Below the pieces are notes generated by a model. The model ran no database searches and was not told the origin of the DNA. It worked only from the letters and a program-made list of their open reading frames with translations. A DNA stretch of 63,645 bases, the filler included, from Atractiella rhizophila (lineage: Eukaryota), in assembly GCA_021432655.1 (NCBI GenBank). It is 3 parts of 3 records of this genome, joined end to end, with 100 filler letters (N's around TTAATTAATTAA, not from the genome) between each part and the next. Parts side by side here need not be neighbours in the genome. Positions count along the whole stretch, not along the records: positions 1 to 30,171 come from MU271344.1; 2 more parts are not named here. One strand, 5' to 3'. Both the position numbers and the translations under genes were made by a program. Each line of letters opens with the position of its first letter. Within the stretch, counting starts at the first letter, position 1. Shown here piece after piece: positions 1 to 12,900 of the stretch.

Positions 1-1171
1 CCATTCACAGCAGGTGTGGCCTCATCTTCCGGTGTCCCAGTCCCCGTGGTACCGATCGACGACGATGAGCCTCTCGGAAGTAGCTTTAACCGTGAAGTCG
101 TACCAGAGCCAGGGTCGGAGGACGGAGTGGAGGTGAGGGAGGTCGAACGTGCAAGGTCCGCGGTCTCTTGTTTTAGTTTCTCCCATCGTTCGGGATTCGA
201 CATCCTAGCGTGGGAAAGCAAAGGTTAATACACTCCCGTTCATCAGCGACAGCAAGGCAATCTCCCAGAAAGGCCCAAGAACCGAGCAGCACAGCTCGTA
301 GATACTTCGCCTAAATGAGATCGTTCTAAGGCAAATATAACTGGCGCTGGCGGAAGTATCGAAGTGTGCAGGCAATAAGCTAGTTAAACATGTATCGCAG
401 AAAATATCAGATAGGCATCTGCCACTTTCACTTTGTATCCACCAAAGGTAATGAACGTCCGCGAAATAAGGCGTAGTAACAGCTACGTCCGTGACTTTGA
501 CTCTCGCTTGCATATCAAGTTGGTAACAGCAGCTGACCAATGAAATTCAATTCAGAGACATCAGAAGAAGACATATCCTGCGCTTAGCTTCTACCACCTG
601 ACTGATGAAGACCGTTGAATTGCCAGGTTCTTAGAATTTACAATCATAAAACATGGTGAGGGGAAACCACGAATGGGTCAACTGAATCGCTTTTGTCATG
701 AGGTGCCAGCTTTTTTCTGTTTGAAGGTTTGCGTACTTGTCATTTTCCTTCTTTTGTCTGCACAGACGAAACAGTTGGCAAAGCTGCCAAGTAGAAATCG
801 AGCATGTCGTTTCAACGCTCGCGCAAAGGCTCAGTTAGATTTTAAGAAGAGCGCGAGTGCCAACAAAGGCCCACAGCCTCGTTACGCTGGCGTGCACTCA
901 AACCACTCCCTTTCAACCACAAACTCGTCCAATGCTCAGTAAAGAACAACAAGACGCACCTCATGGCCATTGTCAGCTCGCTCAAGCTCGGCGGCCTAAC
1001 CGCCTGCCTTTTCACCTTCTCAAGCCCACCCTTTTCTGGCTTGAGCGAATCTCCCGATACCGAACTGCCTGGTGCAGGTGCCGTGGACGCGATGGCCGCG
1101 CTGTTGGGCCCAGCGGTGGAGGGCGACTCGACTGTGAGGGCTGGAGGCGAAGGCGGGATATCTGCAGACAT
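1..1171 (-). CDS. Hypothetical protein, 5' part (runs off the left edge); exon 1 1171-960, intron 959-205, exon 2 from 204
   Basis: ORF MSADIPPSPP...TMAM ends at AG|GTGCGT; acceptor CGCTAG|G at 205 restores an open frame (R-MSNPERWEKLKQETADL...) to the window edge; no family recognised. Confidence 0.6.
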
Positions 1172-1311
1172 CTTTAACCAAGGTCGTCGTTGACGTGCCT
1201 AATTGCGTCCTTTCTTTTAGGTTCGGACACTTCCTTCTTCGGCAATAATTAATTTTTTTCCATTGTCTGCCCGCAGCTCATTCATTTCGCCCAAACACGT
1301 CCAAAGTAACA

Positions 1312-2367
1312 TCAACTCCAAACAAGTCCGAGAGTCTGGATTTCAGTATGAGGAACAATTCTGGCCAGCAGTTGCCCGTACTTTACGATGAGACCTTTCG
1401 AGGAGTCTCCTTCCCTCGATTGGAGATTTTGAGCTTGGCAAATAGCGTCTGTCTTCATGGAAAGCTTCTCGACCACTCTGCCGAAACGGATGGTAGTTTC
1501 GGTATGTGCATTGCAAACGGTCAAGGAAACTTTATGAGCCTGGTACGTGTTCGATTTACTGGGATCGGATTCTGTCCCTCATCATGATCTCATGATCAGT
1601 CGCTCTACGAATCTATCCCTCGAAAAAAAAGACCTGTAATAGACTTTGAGGACGTTGCGGCTGTTCATACCCTGTTCGGCCAACAGCAGACCCCACGAGG
1701 AAGCGCCATCGTTCCCATCGTTCTCAACGACGAGACTGGGAGGAGCTTTATACTCAAGCTTAAATTCTACATCATGCCTAGTCTCACCATACCCGTTTTT
1801 CTCAGCCTGGGATCGCCATTCTTGGGGGGCTTTGAACTGGGTGGTGGGAAGGAAACCTATACGTTCATTCTCAATGGCGAAGAGGTTAACGTTAGCAGAA
1901 CGACGTGAGATGTGAAGCAGTGTGTCATCCCTTGTCTATCCATGTTGCCTAATCCGTGTTGATTGTCGCTGTATAGATCAGCACCTTGTCGACGACCCCA
2001 GTCTTGATCTGAGAAAGTGAAATTTGGCTGCACAAATAAAGGAACGTGGGGCAAATAAGTTTCCTGGGTTGTAGATATTCTCGGTCGCAAAGAAGTAACA
2101 CAGCAATCAATGAGTTGGAGAGGCAACGCTTCCTGTCAAACTTGTAACATTTGTACATCAGAATAGAAAGAAAGCGAACCTGAAGGGCTGAACCTTGAAT
2201 GGAAGCCAAGTTCTCAAGCTTCGCAGAATGCATCAAGCAAAGTCACGGCGAAGGCTCCATAATTTGAGCTCTAAATCCATAGCAAAGCTGGATTCTGTCA
2301 GGCTTGACTCTGCCCTCCAACCATGAAAACCGGGTCTCTCAGAGACGCCCGTGTCAATTCGCACCAT
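1312..2367 (-). CDS. Possible multi-exon hypothetical gene or pseudogene
   Basis: Exon-like open frames (FLPTTQFKAPQEWRSQ...KVYY; TVCNAHTETTIRFGRVV...LVWS*) flanked by GT/AG signals; the 5' part could not be assembled without a stop. Confidence 0.3.
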
Positions 2368-2468
2368 CTTCACCTCTCCCTCTTTCTAGTCAGTTAACCA
2401 GGCCAACGATTGGGAACAGAGACATCATTGCATACAGATCCGTAACCAACAACTTGGTCTTATGACAG

Positions 2469-3466
2469 CTAGCTACGGGAAGAGGGGAAGACGACCTCGA
2501 CGCTCTCGGCGGCCGTTCCGCTCTGTAATAGACCGGTGTAGGGCATCACGTCGTATCCGAGTTTGAAGACCGCTGTCGTGTTCCTGTTGTCGAGAGTCAC
2601 GTCAGGTCAGCGGTTGTGGTTGGTTGCCATACAAAGAGGAAGGGAAAGGGGAATGGCGGTGGGAAATGGTGGCTTTTCTCTCATTTCTCCTCAGCGACTC
2701 TCTTGGATATGGCGCCGTGACACAAAAACCGAGAGAGAGCGCATTTGACAAAAAGGTCAAGTGATCGAGAGATTAAAGACGAGAATAAAAGGCTCATGCG
2801 GAAAGGATAAAAGGAAGATGATATAAAATGGGATGAGACGTACCTCTCAAACCGGTCGCTGGGGTCCTTCAACCCATACTTATTCTTCCCACCCGAGATC
2901 CTAATCCTTCCATCCCTCTTCCTCCTCACGATCCGATCCCAAATCACCACCCTATCCTTCTTACCCTTTCCATTCCCATTTGACGTGGTGGTAGAAGATG
3001 AAGTGGATGGGGAGGAATAGTCAGCGTAGAGGTAGACGAATACTTGCTTCGTGTTCCAATCCCATAGAGGTGTTAGGTCAGCTGAGAGGTCGTAAGTGAT
3101 GGAGGCATAGGTCGATTTCCGGGAGTAGGCGTGTGGAGAGGTTCGGGGTCCTCTTCCTTGTTGTCTGTCACATCCCAATATGCAATACCAAAATAATGTT
3201 AGCGTGACCGTCGTCGTGAAAAGTGCTAAACAGGAGGAGATGACGGTAGAGGAGGACGAACACGGAGACGGAGGTGACGCTGAGGTTGCCTGGAGTGAAG
3301 TTATGAGGGATGAGAAAGGAAGAGATGGCGATGAGCGATATAAGCGTTATGATGCAGGAGGTCGCCAGTCCTCTGTCTCACATTCTCGAATGAGCAGCTT
3401 GCAACGGTTAGCTTGGAAGACGACAACGTACGATATCGCATTCAGGCGATTCAGTGTAGTGTACAT
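2469..3466 (-). CDS. SPC3: Signal peptidase complex subunit SPC22/23 (4 exons)
   Basis: Spliced MYTTLNRLNAISGLATSCIITL..., family motif DLSADLTPLWDWNTKQVFVYL..VVIWDRI..KNKY, last exon NTTAVFKLGYDVMPYTG...SRS*. Confidence 0.92.
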
Positions 3467-4698
3467 CTCCCCTGTCGTACTTCTATCCTTTTACTGTGAC
3501 AACTGGAAAGGGGGAAATGCTCAGGGAGGGGAAATGCTGGACGTGGAAGAGACAGGCCGTGCGGATGTTTGGGGTTTAGGCAAGAAGGCCGCCCGGAAGC
3601 GGTAATGTGGGGTTTGTTGTTACGCCGTCCCGTCAAAGCTTCCCCGCTCCACAAAACTCACTGGCACGCACTTGCTCTCCAGCTTGACGCCTGCCCAGCA
3701 GTCATCCGGCTTCATATCATAGGACAGCAAGACTGCATTCTGTGGTAGACCTGATTGTAGACACAGCTACCTACTCCCTGAAGCAGCAAATCGACCTCTC
3801 CAAACCTCCCAGCAGCTCATCATTCAGGCAGCACTTCCCTTTTCACACAGTCACGGAGATATAGGTCTCGCGACGTAGTAAAGGAAAAGGTAGGGATATT
3901 TGCCTTCTTGCTTTCTGTCCTCCTGAATTTCAGAATCCAAGCAGAAGCTGATCCAATTCCAATCACAGGTCTGATCACGAAAGCCAGCAGCAGCTCTCAA
4001 TCTCACCACTCTTCAAAGATTATAATTCTATCATCAAGTTCGTCTTTTCTACAATTCCATTTTCTTCTTCTTTTATCCCGACCGAACTCCTTCACTTTAT
4101 GACGGAGATGGCAACGCGAGGAGTATGACAATATTGCTTTTATGCCTTGCATTTAAATAATTGTAAGATGTTTCGATTGAAGTTGAAGCATAACCTTGGT
4201 CTACTCGTTGTTCGAATATAAGAGGAACAATCTTCGTTTGGCTTTCATTCCTCTCATCGAGAAGGGACAGGAAAGATTACGTTCATTCGTACTGGCTACG
4301 TGCGCTTGTTTTGCCTTTACCTCTACCGTTTGAAAATTTGCTTCTCTTGGGCCGGGATTCTAATTATTTATGAACCTCGTATCCTTCAGCAAAAGATCCA
4401 CTCGGGAAATATGATCTCCGTCGACTGTCAAGTAGAGGAAGAGTTTACATCCATACTAGACTGGACCATCAATGTTTCCTTAAATAACGTGCAAACCGCG
4501 TTTTCTGTGTCTACCGTCCCTTAACTTAGCCCATCTTATGCATCGAGACCAACGCATCCGCATGGTTTTGCTGGGGAAAATAAGCAAACACATCTTTCAC
4601 AAGAATAATAGCTTTCTCCTCCATAGTTCTACTTTGTCCATCCCTATCCCTACTCCTTTGTGGATGAATAAGAACTTACTCTCTTGTCAGGTTAGAAT

Positions 4699-6785
4699 AT
4701 GACGCAATACATCCCCCTTCCCACCGATGGCATCGCAGGTCTTCTGACGTCCGACCAGTCAGACTCCCTCCGGTCCATGTGGAGAGAGTTTCAAAAGCTG
4801 CTGGACGAAGCACCTGAAGAAGGGACGGAGACAGATACAAAACTTAAGCGGAGCGCAACTACCAACTCTTCCGCCTCTGGATCCTCAAAAGAGCCAAAAG
4901 GGACACCTAAGGTTCGTTTCACGGGCTCTCCGAGCCGTCCATTGCAGTCGAAGTAAAAGTTGATTGGTTGTTTCGGAGTAGGATGACAAGGCAAAGGATG
5001 CGGCGAGGTTGAGTCAAGATTTAAAGGCCGCGAGAGAGGGATTGGAGAAATATGGACGGAGAAGGTTCGAGCGGACATTTTGGAAGTTCGTTCAGGGTGA
5101 CAATCCGGACGACCAGGTTCGATCTCTCTCCTTTGAGTCTCAATCGATGATCTGAAGGGGAAATAGATGCTAAGGTTTCTGAGAGCGAGGAAATGGCAAC
5201 TTACACCGGCGGTGGCAATGTTATTGGCATGCTTGAAATGGAGGATCGAAAGTGAGCTCTCTAACTTCGTGAGCAATATCTCCCGAGCTGATGTCGCGGA
5301 ACAGGCGGAGTGGAAAACCTTTTCGAAGAAGGAGAAGAGGGTTTGGCTAAGTTAGGAAAAGGTGGCTTGATCCATGTTCGGGAAGGAAAGACGTTCTTGC
5401 ACGGCACTGATCGCGATGGACGCGTCGTTATCTACATTCACGCACGACTGCATCATGGCAGCGATCAGGACGTGAGTATTCGTTTATCATCTTGAGTCTA
5501 AACTGACAGCCCATGGGTGGAATAGCCCAAGGAGTTGGAAGCCTTTATTATGCACCATGTTCGTCCTTTCACCCATTTGTGAAGCGAACTGACGTTTGGG
5601 GCAGATGGAGACGTGCAGGAACTTTTTTGCTTCACCTCGGATGAAAACTACCCTCGTTTTCAATATGACTGGCTTTGGACTTGGGAATATGGACTGGCGG
5701 ATCGTTTTGTGCGTCTTCTCAATAATCGGCTACAGATATTGACATGGCAAATGCAGATTTTTGGTCAAATGTCTCGGTTTGTCTCTTCCGCTCGTCACAG
5801 TGTTCGGTTACTAAAGTCAGTTTGACAGAGAGCTACTTTCCCGAATCGCTGAATTGCATTCTCATCCACAACGCACCTTGGGTCTTCCAAGGAATCTGGA
5901 AGATTCTTGCACCTCTTCTGGACCCCGTCGTTCGAGCAAAAGTTGTTCGTATTTTTCCTCTATCCCCCCAACTACTGCTAAGTGACAGTATGTCCTAGCA
6001 AATGACAAAGAATCTCGATGATCTATTGGTGCATATCGATAAGCGACACCTACTCAAGGAACTTGGTGGAGAATCCGACTGGACATGGAACTATGAAGAG
6101 TTTGTGCCAGGAGAAAACGACTTGCTTTCTGATACTGCTGGACGAGAGGTCTTCCTCTTCCTACCCTAACAGTACCTTTGTTGACGCACTGTTGATCAGA
6201 AACGCCTGAAAGAGCGAGAAAGACTGCTGAAGGTATTCGAGCGCATAAATCAGCGGTGGTTAGAGAGTCGCGAGGGGGAACAAAAATACGAGAAAGCGAG
6301 GTGGTGGTGCATCTACAAGATGAGAGTGCAGTGGTTCGACCTGGAACGGTTCGCCCGATTTCTCTTGTGGTGATACTCCTGATCAGAGGATTAAACAGGT
6401 TTATTCGAGGAAGGACTGTTTACGACCGGCAAGGAAACTTGGTTGGAAACGGCCTGGTGCGCGGTCTCTGGTGCATGCATTTTGTGACCTAACGCCTTTA
6501 CAGTCGACATTTCACTATCCCAACGTAGGAGGGGAGCAGGAAGGAGAATGGGAAGTTCGTGGGTGGGAACAGTGTGTTTCTTCCTTCTTCACGAGCACCT
6601 GTTGACCTTGGAGTAGGAGCAAGGAAAACCTTGAAACCAAGATTAAGGCCCTCGAAAGAGAGTTGAATCAAGAAGGATTCGACTGGAATGCCGTAGATCC
6701 AGATGGTGAGGAGATCATGAGCGAAGAGGATTTCGAGCTAGTCAACACAGGTGGATCTTCGAAGTCAGGGTCTAGTCGAGGTTAG
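4699..6785 (+). CDS. CRAL-TRIO/Sec14-like lipid transfer protein (CSR1-like), about 13 exons
   Basis: DNPDDQ-MLRFLRARKW, GTDRDGRVVIYIHARLH, ESYFPESLNCILIHNAPWVFQGIWKILAPLLDPVVRAKV. Confidence 0.9.
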
Positions 6786-6988
6786 AGTATTCCATCGCGA
6801 AGCGGCGACCAGTATATTATAAGATAACGTAGTAAAATTATTCGCTTTACTTTTGGATACATGGACGATGACTGATATACAGAAATGAGACTTCAGTACA
6901 CGGGCAGGAGATCATTGCTAACAAGTGGCATAATAATGAAATGAAGTCGAACCCAAAACGTATGGAGCATGCAGTAAACGATATTGAC

Positions 6989-9900
6989 TCAACGTCCCAG
7001 AACAATCCTGCTCTTCTCCTCATCTGTCATGTTACGTCCATCTGAGGAAGTAGTTCCACCTCTTGAAGGACTAGGCGAGGGAGGACGGCTGCGCTTCGCC
7101 ATGAAACTCTTATCACTACCTTCTCGTCTCCGTTCCTTTTCCGATGACCCACTAGGCTTTCCAAGACCTAAAAGGCGCTTCTTTGGCTGCAGTTGGGGAC
7201 CCAGTGCGTTGACGTTAGGTGCCTTGGAGATCAGTGATCGAGCTGCCTGCCCAAGGAGACTGTACTTTTGATCCCAAAGAGCGTCCTTGACATCTGTTGA
7301 CATAGATTTTGAGCGCCCACACATGTACCAAGAGCCCAAAACATACCCTTTTGGATGTTAGTGAACAGCTCCCCAAAGGTACAGACTTTATGACGAAACT
7401 CCATATGGGGTGAAATATAGGTGATGTCGCGGAGTTCAGGCAAAGAATAGCCTGAGGCTTTCTTGAGGGGCTATTGATGTGTAAGTTGTGAGCATGAGGT
7501 AGATAAAGTAGACATGCAGAACACGAACCTTGTAAGAAAGATTTATGGTAGTGCCGACAATCTCCACATTTGCGAAACTCTTGTATTGGAGCGCCCTTGA
7601 TCTCATTTCTCCTGGGTCGACTTCATCCATGGGATCACCCTGAGGAATCTCGAAAGACGTTCGACTCTTAGACCAGCGACCAATGCCTAAGTCTGACGAA
7701 GAATAGCTGGAGGATGAGTATATCGAGTTCGCATTGCCAGATCTGCCACTGCGAATTGACAGCGATTTGTTCGATTGTAAGGAGGCAATAGATTCCGGAG
7801 AAGAGTTTGCCGAAGGAATGTGCAGATTATTTCGAATTGACTTAAGAAAACCCGTTTTTCTCTTCGGCTCAGTCAATTTTTCAGCAGGAGGCTTCGGTTT
7901 AAGAATATAGTCAAAGATGTCGGAGCCGATTTGATGCTCAAGTTGCAATTTAACGGGGTGAAGGTGCATCTCAAAGTGTTTGTATACGGTGATGCCTCCA
8001 ACAGACGGCAACGTTTCCCAGAAGAGATAGGCAAAGATGTCGCCGTGAAGAGACGGAGGATGGCCCGCGTGTTCCAACTTGGAGATGATCTCTCGAAATC
8101 CTGCGTCGGCGGCCTCTGAATCAGAACGAGTGTCCAGTGCCGTGAGATCTTTGATGGCGAGTCGATTTGTGATGGACTGCTGCTTATTAGCCCATGCAAA
8201 ATAAACTCCTTTCATTGTAAACTTGGCGATCGGCTTGTCTTCCTGGGTATTCATGCTCCATTCGATTTCCGGAGCTCGTGCATCTAGCTGCAATCCGCTC
8301 GCGGATTTATCTTGCTCCATCGATAAACCTTCCAAGCTACCCGCAAAATTCATTGTGCGAATTCTGCGATCCAACTCTCTTATCGATCGGAGGAGCCTGT
8401 GCTGGGCGAGGAAGACCAACATGCGATTGTGGGCAGTTTTCTCTTTCTTCCGTTCCTCGTGCAGAGCATCAGTGAGTTGACGGATATCGGCTTGATCTGT
8501 TTGCACCCGTCTAATCAGCTCCTCGAGCTCATCATTTAGGCTAATCTTGAAAGCGTCTGTCTGTAATTGATCCGTATACTGCTTCCGTTCATCATCAGGG
8601 TGAAGAATAAGATTGGTCAGCACATCATAGAGACCTTGAAAGTCGTCTGGGGTACTGCGAACGGACAGACGATCAGCGTCGATGATGAGCCTGTCGACGC
8701 CTCGCTTGAGATGTTCGTTTGAGGGAGCTGTCCCTGGCTGCACGAAGGATTTGCTGATACGAAGCTGATTAAATTTGTCGTAGCGAAGGCCGACGAAAGA
8801 CATAGGGACGACTCTCTTCAGCCCAGTGTCTTCTGCATCCTGCATTCCGCCCCGTGATTCATATAAGTGATCTGATGGAATGAAGTTTCCCTCCCAATGG
8901 GGCCTATTTGTGAACGTCGGGAAGAAGACCTGCAAAGCATCGAGAGTAACATAGCTTCGATGAAGCACAAGCGAATGGACGGCATCTTCACGGGCATTCG
9001 TATCGACGACAGAGAACACTCGACCATCTAACTTGGCGATGGACAGGATGAGACGACTACCTTCACTACGCTCGCTTTGCAAGAGAATTTGAGGATTGGT
9101 CAGACGGAAGAAGTGTGAGCGAACAAGGTCCCAGTCTTCGGGGAGGTCAGCGTTGGCATCTGACTCGGGATCGTGCCGGATAACTTCATGGAAGCTCTTG
9201 ACGTCTTTACCTCGAGAATCTGAAACCGAAGCTACTTTAGTCGCACTACCAGCCAGTCCTTGCAAAACAGTTTGCAAGTCAAAAGGATTCATCATGATGC
9301 TTTTCGACCGAGAAGCGATGCGGGATCGATGCCTGCTTGTCCTTGTTCTATGCCGTCGACGATCAGTAGGTCTAAGTCGTCCAAGATCTTTAATGACTGC
9401 TGGAGCGGTGTGATACTGGGACGCTTTTCGGTCACTCAGTGAATATGCGTATTGGAGTAAGACGGCTCGATTTTGGTTGTCAATCCTAACGCGTGGTTCG
9501 ACGAAATAGTATTGGTTATGCCACCAAGATTTCTCGTCGTTTTGGTCATACGAATCGAGCACAGCATTTCCTGAGCCTACGGTGAAAAGGATGGGGGCGC
9601 AACTGACGGGTAGAACACCTAACTTCGACTTGAAAGCTGCTAGCCGCTTCTTCATGCTGTCGTTTTTCTGAGTTTTCTGAATCCATTGTTGTCCGACTTC
9701 CTTTAGTTTCTCCCTCTCTGCTTTTTTGGCACTCTCTTCCCCTCCCTTCAACTTAGGATCATTGAGCTCCTCCTCAAGTGCCTTAGCCGCGGTTCGAAAT
9801 TCATCGGCTCGTTCTTGATCGCTCTGACACGCTTGAAGAAATATTTCTAAGGGAAGGGGAAACGAGAATTAGAGCCATAGCGTAAGAAAGGAATGGCGTA

Positions 9901-12900
9901 CCATAGTTCTCATCGACCAAACAGGAATGTGTAGGCTCATCTCCAAACTTCGAAACCAGTATACTTTCAGCATCATCCTCATCTTCACGATTGGGTAAGT
10001 GCTTGTAGAATGTGAAACGCGGGGCCGTCAGCACCTTTAGAATCTGACGGCTCCGGAATCTTCCAGTAAACTTCTCATAACCCAATTCATTGTAGTCTTC
10101 CATCTCCCACCAAGGCTCGTCCTCCCGGAGAATGTCTGTCTCTCTCGAAGAATTGACATCCTCAAGTACACCCATGTCCCAGTTCGGGACATCTTCTCGA
10201 AGAGCTTGACTTCTCTCGGGTTCGTGGAAGGAAGCGTTTATCAGACGCAAGTCAATCTCTTTACAGTTGACTTCAGCGTAATAGAAAGGTTTGCGCATAA
10301 CTAATACGTGCTCCTTTCTGGCTTCCCTATGGACACACTCCTCCTGCATTCGCTGATGGAGATCAACACGAAGACTCTCCATTCGTCCTTTCAGTCCGAG
10401 AACGGTCGTGACTCCCTGTGCCCAATCCTTGTCGTCCTCTTGACGGAAAGTGTGGGAGACAAAGATCGGTGCGAGGCGAAAGCTGTATTTGATTGTGCCA
10501 CAATGCCTCCCAAATTTCGCAGACTCAGCAGAGCCTGGAAATTTTGATCCTTGACGGATTGGTAAGGATAATGTTCCATCAAAAAGCTTCCACCAGGCGA
10601 AGAAGTGAGTCATGCCTTCCGGTGTCAGATGGAGGGCGTTGTATTGACAGTTGTTCTCGCCCGTACGGTCTGAAGGATTGGGAGCTGTCCCCTTGAGCGC
10701 TGATAGAGATATGGAAAAATGAATGAAGTCTGAACGGAAGGATTGGAAGGAATCGAAACCCGAGGGAAGTGATTGAGTAGAGGTGACGACGTGGTAGTGA
10801 GGTTTGAAGTGGAACAAGCGACATTGTCGATGGAAAGTAGATCCTAAGAATTGGGTGAATGTTTAATCAAACAACTCGTGAAACTACTTGCCGACACATT
10901 TTTGGGGAGCTTCGCAACTGCCATCCCTGCAAGTACGTTCGGGGACAACGCCCATTCCCCAGCGCACTCCACCAATCAGTCTGAGACAAACCAGACCGAA
11001 GTCTTCATTCGATGAGGCGCTGGGACTAATTGAAACTCGATGGTCGTCTCGCTCCCTGCTGAGTGGGTTCGTTTTGACTCCGCTTTGTCCTTTGGAGTAA
11101 TGGCTTAAGTCTGGGATAGCCAGTACAAAACGATCACTCTGAACTTCGAGAAACTCATGATGTTTCTTTAAGCTATCCGGTTGACCAAGGCGAATGATCG
11201 TATCGTCCATCCAGGCAAGGACAAAGCCTGCACCAAAACCGCTCAAGTGATATGGATCTCGGCTTCCCTTGAGATGAAGATAAACCGGACCAGCAAACTT
11301 GATCTCGACCCGCCAATGTAGGACAAGACGAATCTTATCCCAGAAAGCAAGCTTCTCGGATTGATCTGGGCTTGCATGTGTGAGAGAATCGAGGACCCGA
11401 ACAACATCCTGAATTGTGGGGTGCATGGAATTTCCCCAACCAATTCGAGTAACATTCTTGCTGTTCACCCTGACAGATGGAACCATGTAAGTTTTAGTGG
11501 GCATCGCCGTTCTGGGGACCTTCATTGAATGATCTCTCATGTCAGTGCAGCCAGATGCCGGAACAATCGTAGATGATGCCCATCGGACGGAGCTCGGTGG
11601 ACCATGTTCCTCAGCGATTACGAAATCGGTGGATAACTCCCAGGCTGGGGTGGACAGAACCCCTGTAGAAGGTATTTCGAGAAGTGGGAGAGGGAAATCT
11701 CTCAAAGTGCAAGTAACGGATGATGCGGACCAATCCAGATGAAAGGGAATGACGAGGTTGAACAGGGTGTCGGCCGGCATACCCTTGCCAACTTCGTGAA
11801 GAAATCCGTCAACTCCCACACCTCCTGGCTGGTCGAAATGAGGAGGGCTAATGCGAACGGCGAAATCGGTAACAGTCAAGCGAGCCAGAGGAGTTGTTCT
11901 CGGGGGCTTTCGCATTGGAACCAGAACGTCAGCCTTAGCCCTCAGCTTGAGCACGGGGGGCTTGATATCCCCTTCGTCCTGTTGTTGCCGCATCCTATCC
12001 ACTCTGGCTTTCCATGTCCGGGCGTTGTCCTCGGCTGCTTTGAGGTCAAACTCTTCTCGCCAATGTTCGTCTCTTAGCTTCCCCTTGTCAAAGTCCTGTG
12101 GATACCAAGATTCAAGCTGCCGCAGACATTCATGAAGCTGCTCCGCTCTTGCTGACCGTGCTCTCTGTTCTTGAAATCCAGCTTGCCAGATAATATTGAG
12201 CGCATTTTCAAACGGATCATCTTCAAACTCGAGTATAACGGTTGGTATATTGACGTCAATTCTAGGCACCTTTTTGGGGACTTCAGGAATCGGGTCAATT
12301 GTCCAATTCTGACGTTTGTTGAAGACGCGCTGGGACATCTGCTTAATGCACTTGACCATGTTGACAATCGCTTCAATGGAATCCGCGAGAATGAACTTGT
12401 AAGGTATCCTGAGGCGGATAACACTTGCGTCAAACTTCAAGACTTGCTGTTGCAACCTAATGTTCAGATCGTGGGTGCGAATCAAATCATCGAAACCTTC
12501 TGAAACAGTGGGCGAGAATCCAGCCAATAGCGCCGTAGTGCATTTGAGATTCAGCTCGCTCAGTGACTTTGGATGTGCGGGTTTTCTAAAGACGAGGTCC
12601 ACATTGGTAAGCTGGAGGTAGAGCCTATCACAACATGGTTAGCTGCATCAATGCACCGATCTGGACAGCTACCTGGCAGGGTCATCAAGCTGCAACACGA
12701 CATCTATCTGCCGACACTTCGCTGATATGTTCACACCTAAAACTTCTGATTCCCTCCCACCCCGTTCTCTCTTCTTCCTCTCTTTCGGCAGGTTACGATC
12801 GAATGCAGTTAAAGCAATCATAGCGAAGTAGATGTCGGCGAGAGTAATCCTCGAGATTAGGCAGCTGGATTCCAAGTTACACAGAAAACTCGTAGCGCTG

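Noticed and set aside
2225..2290. In-frame TGA in a hypothetical gene (selenocysteine or readthrough?)
   Set aside because: Gene model unsupported, no SECIS seen, and real genes here use all three stops normally
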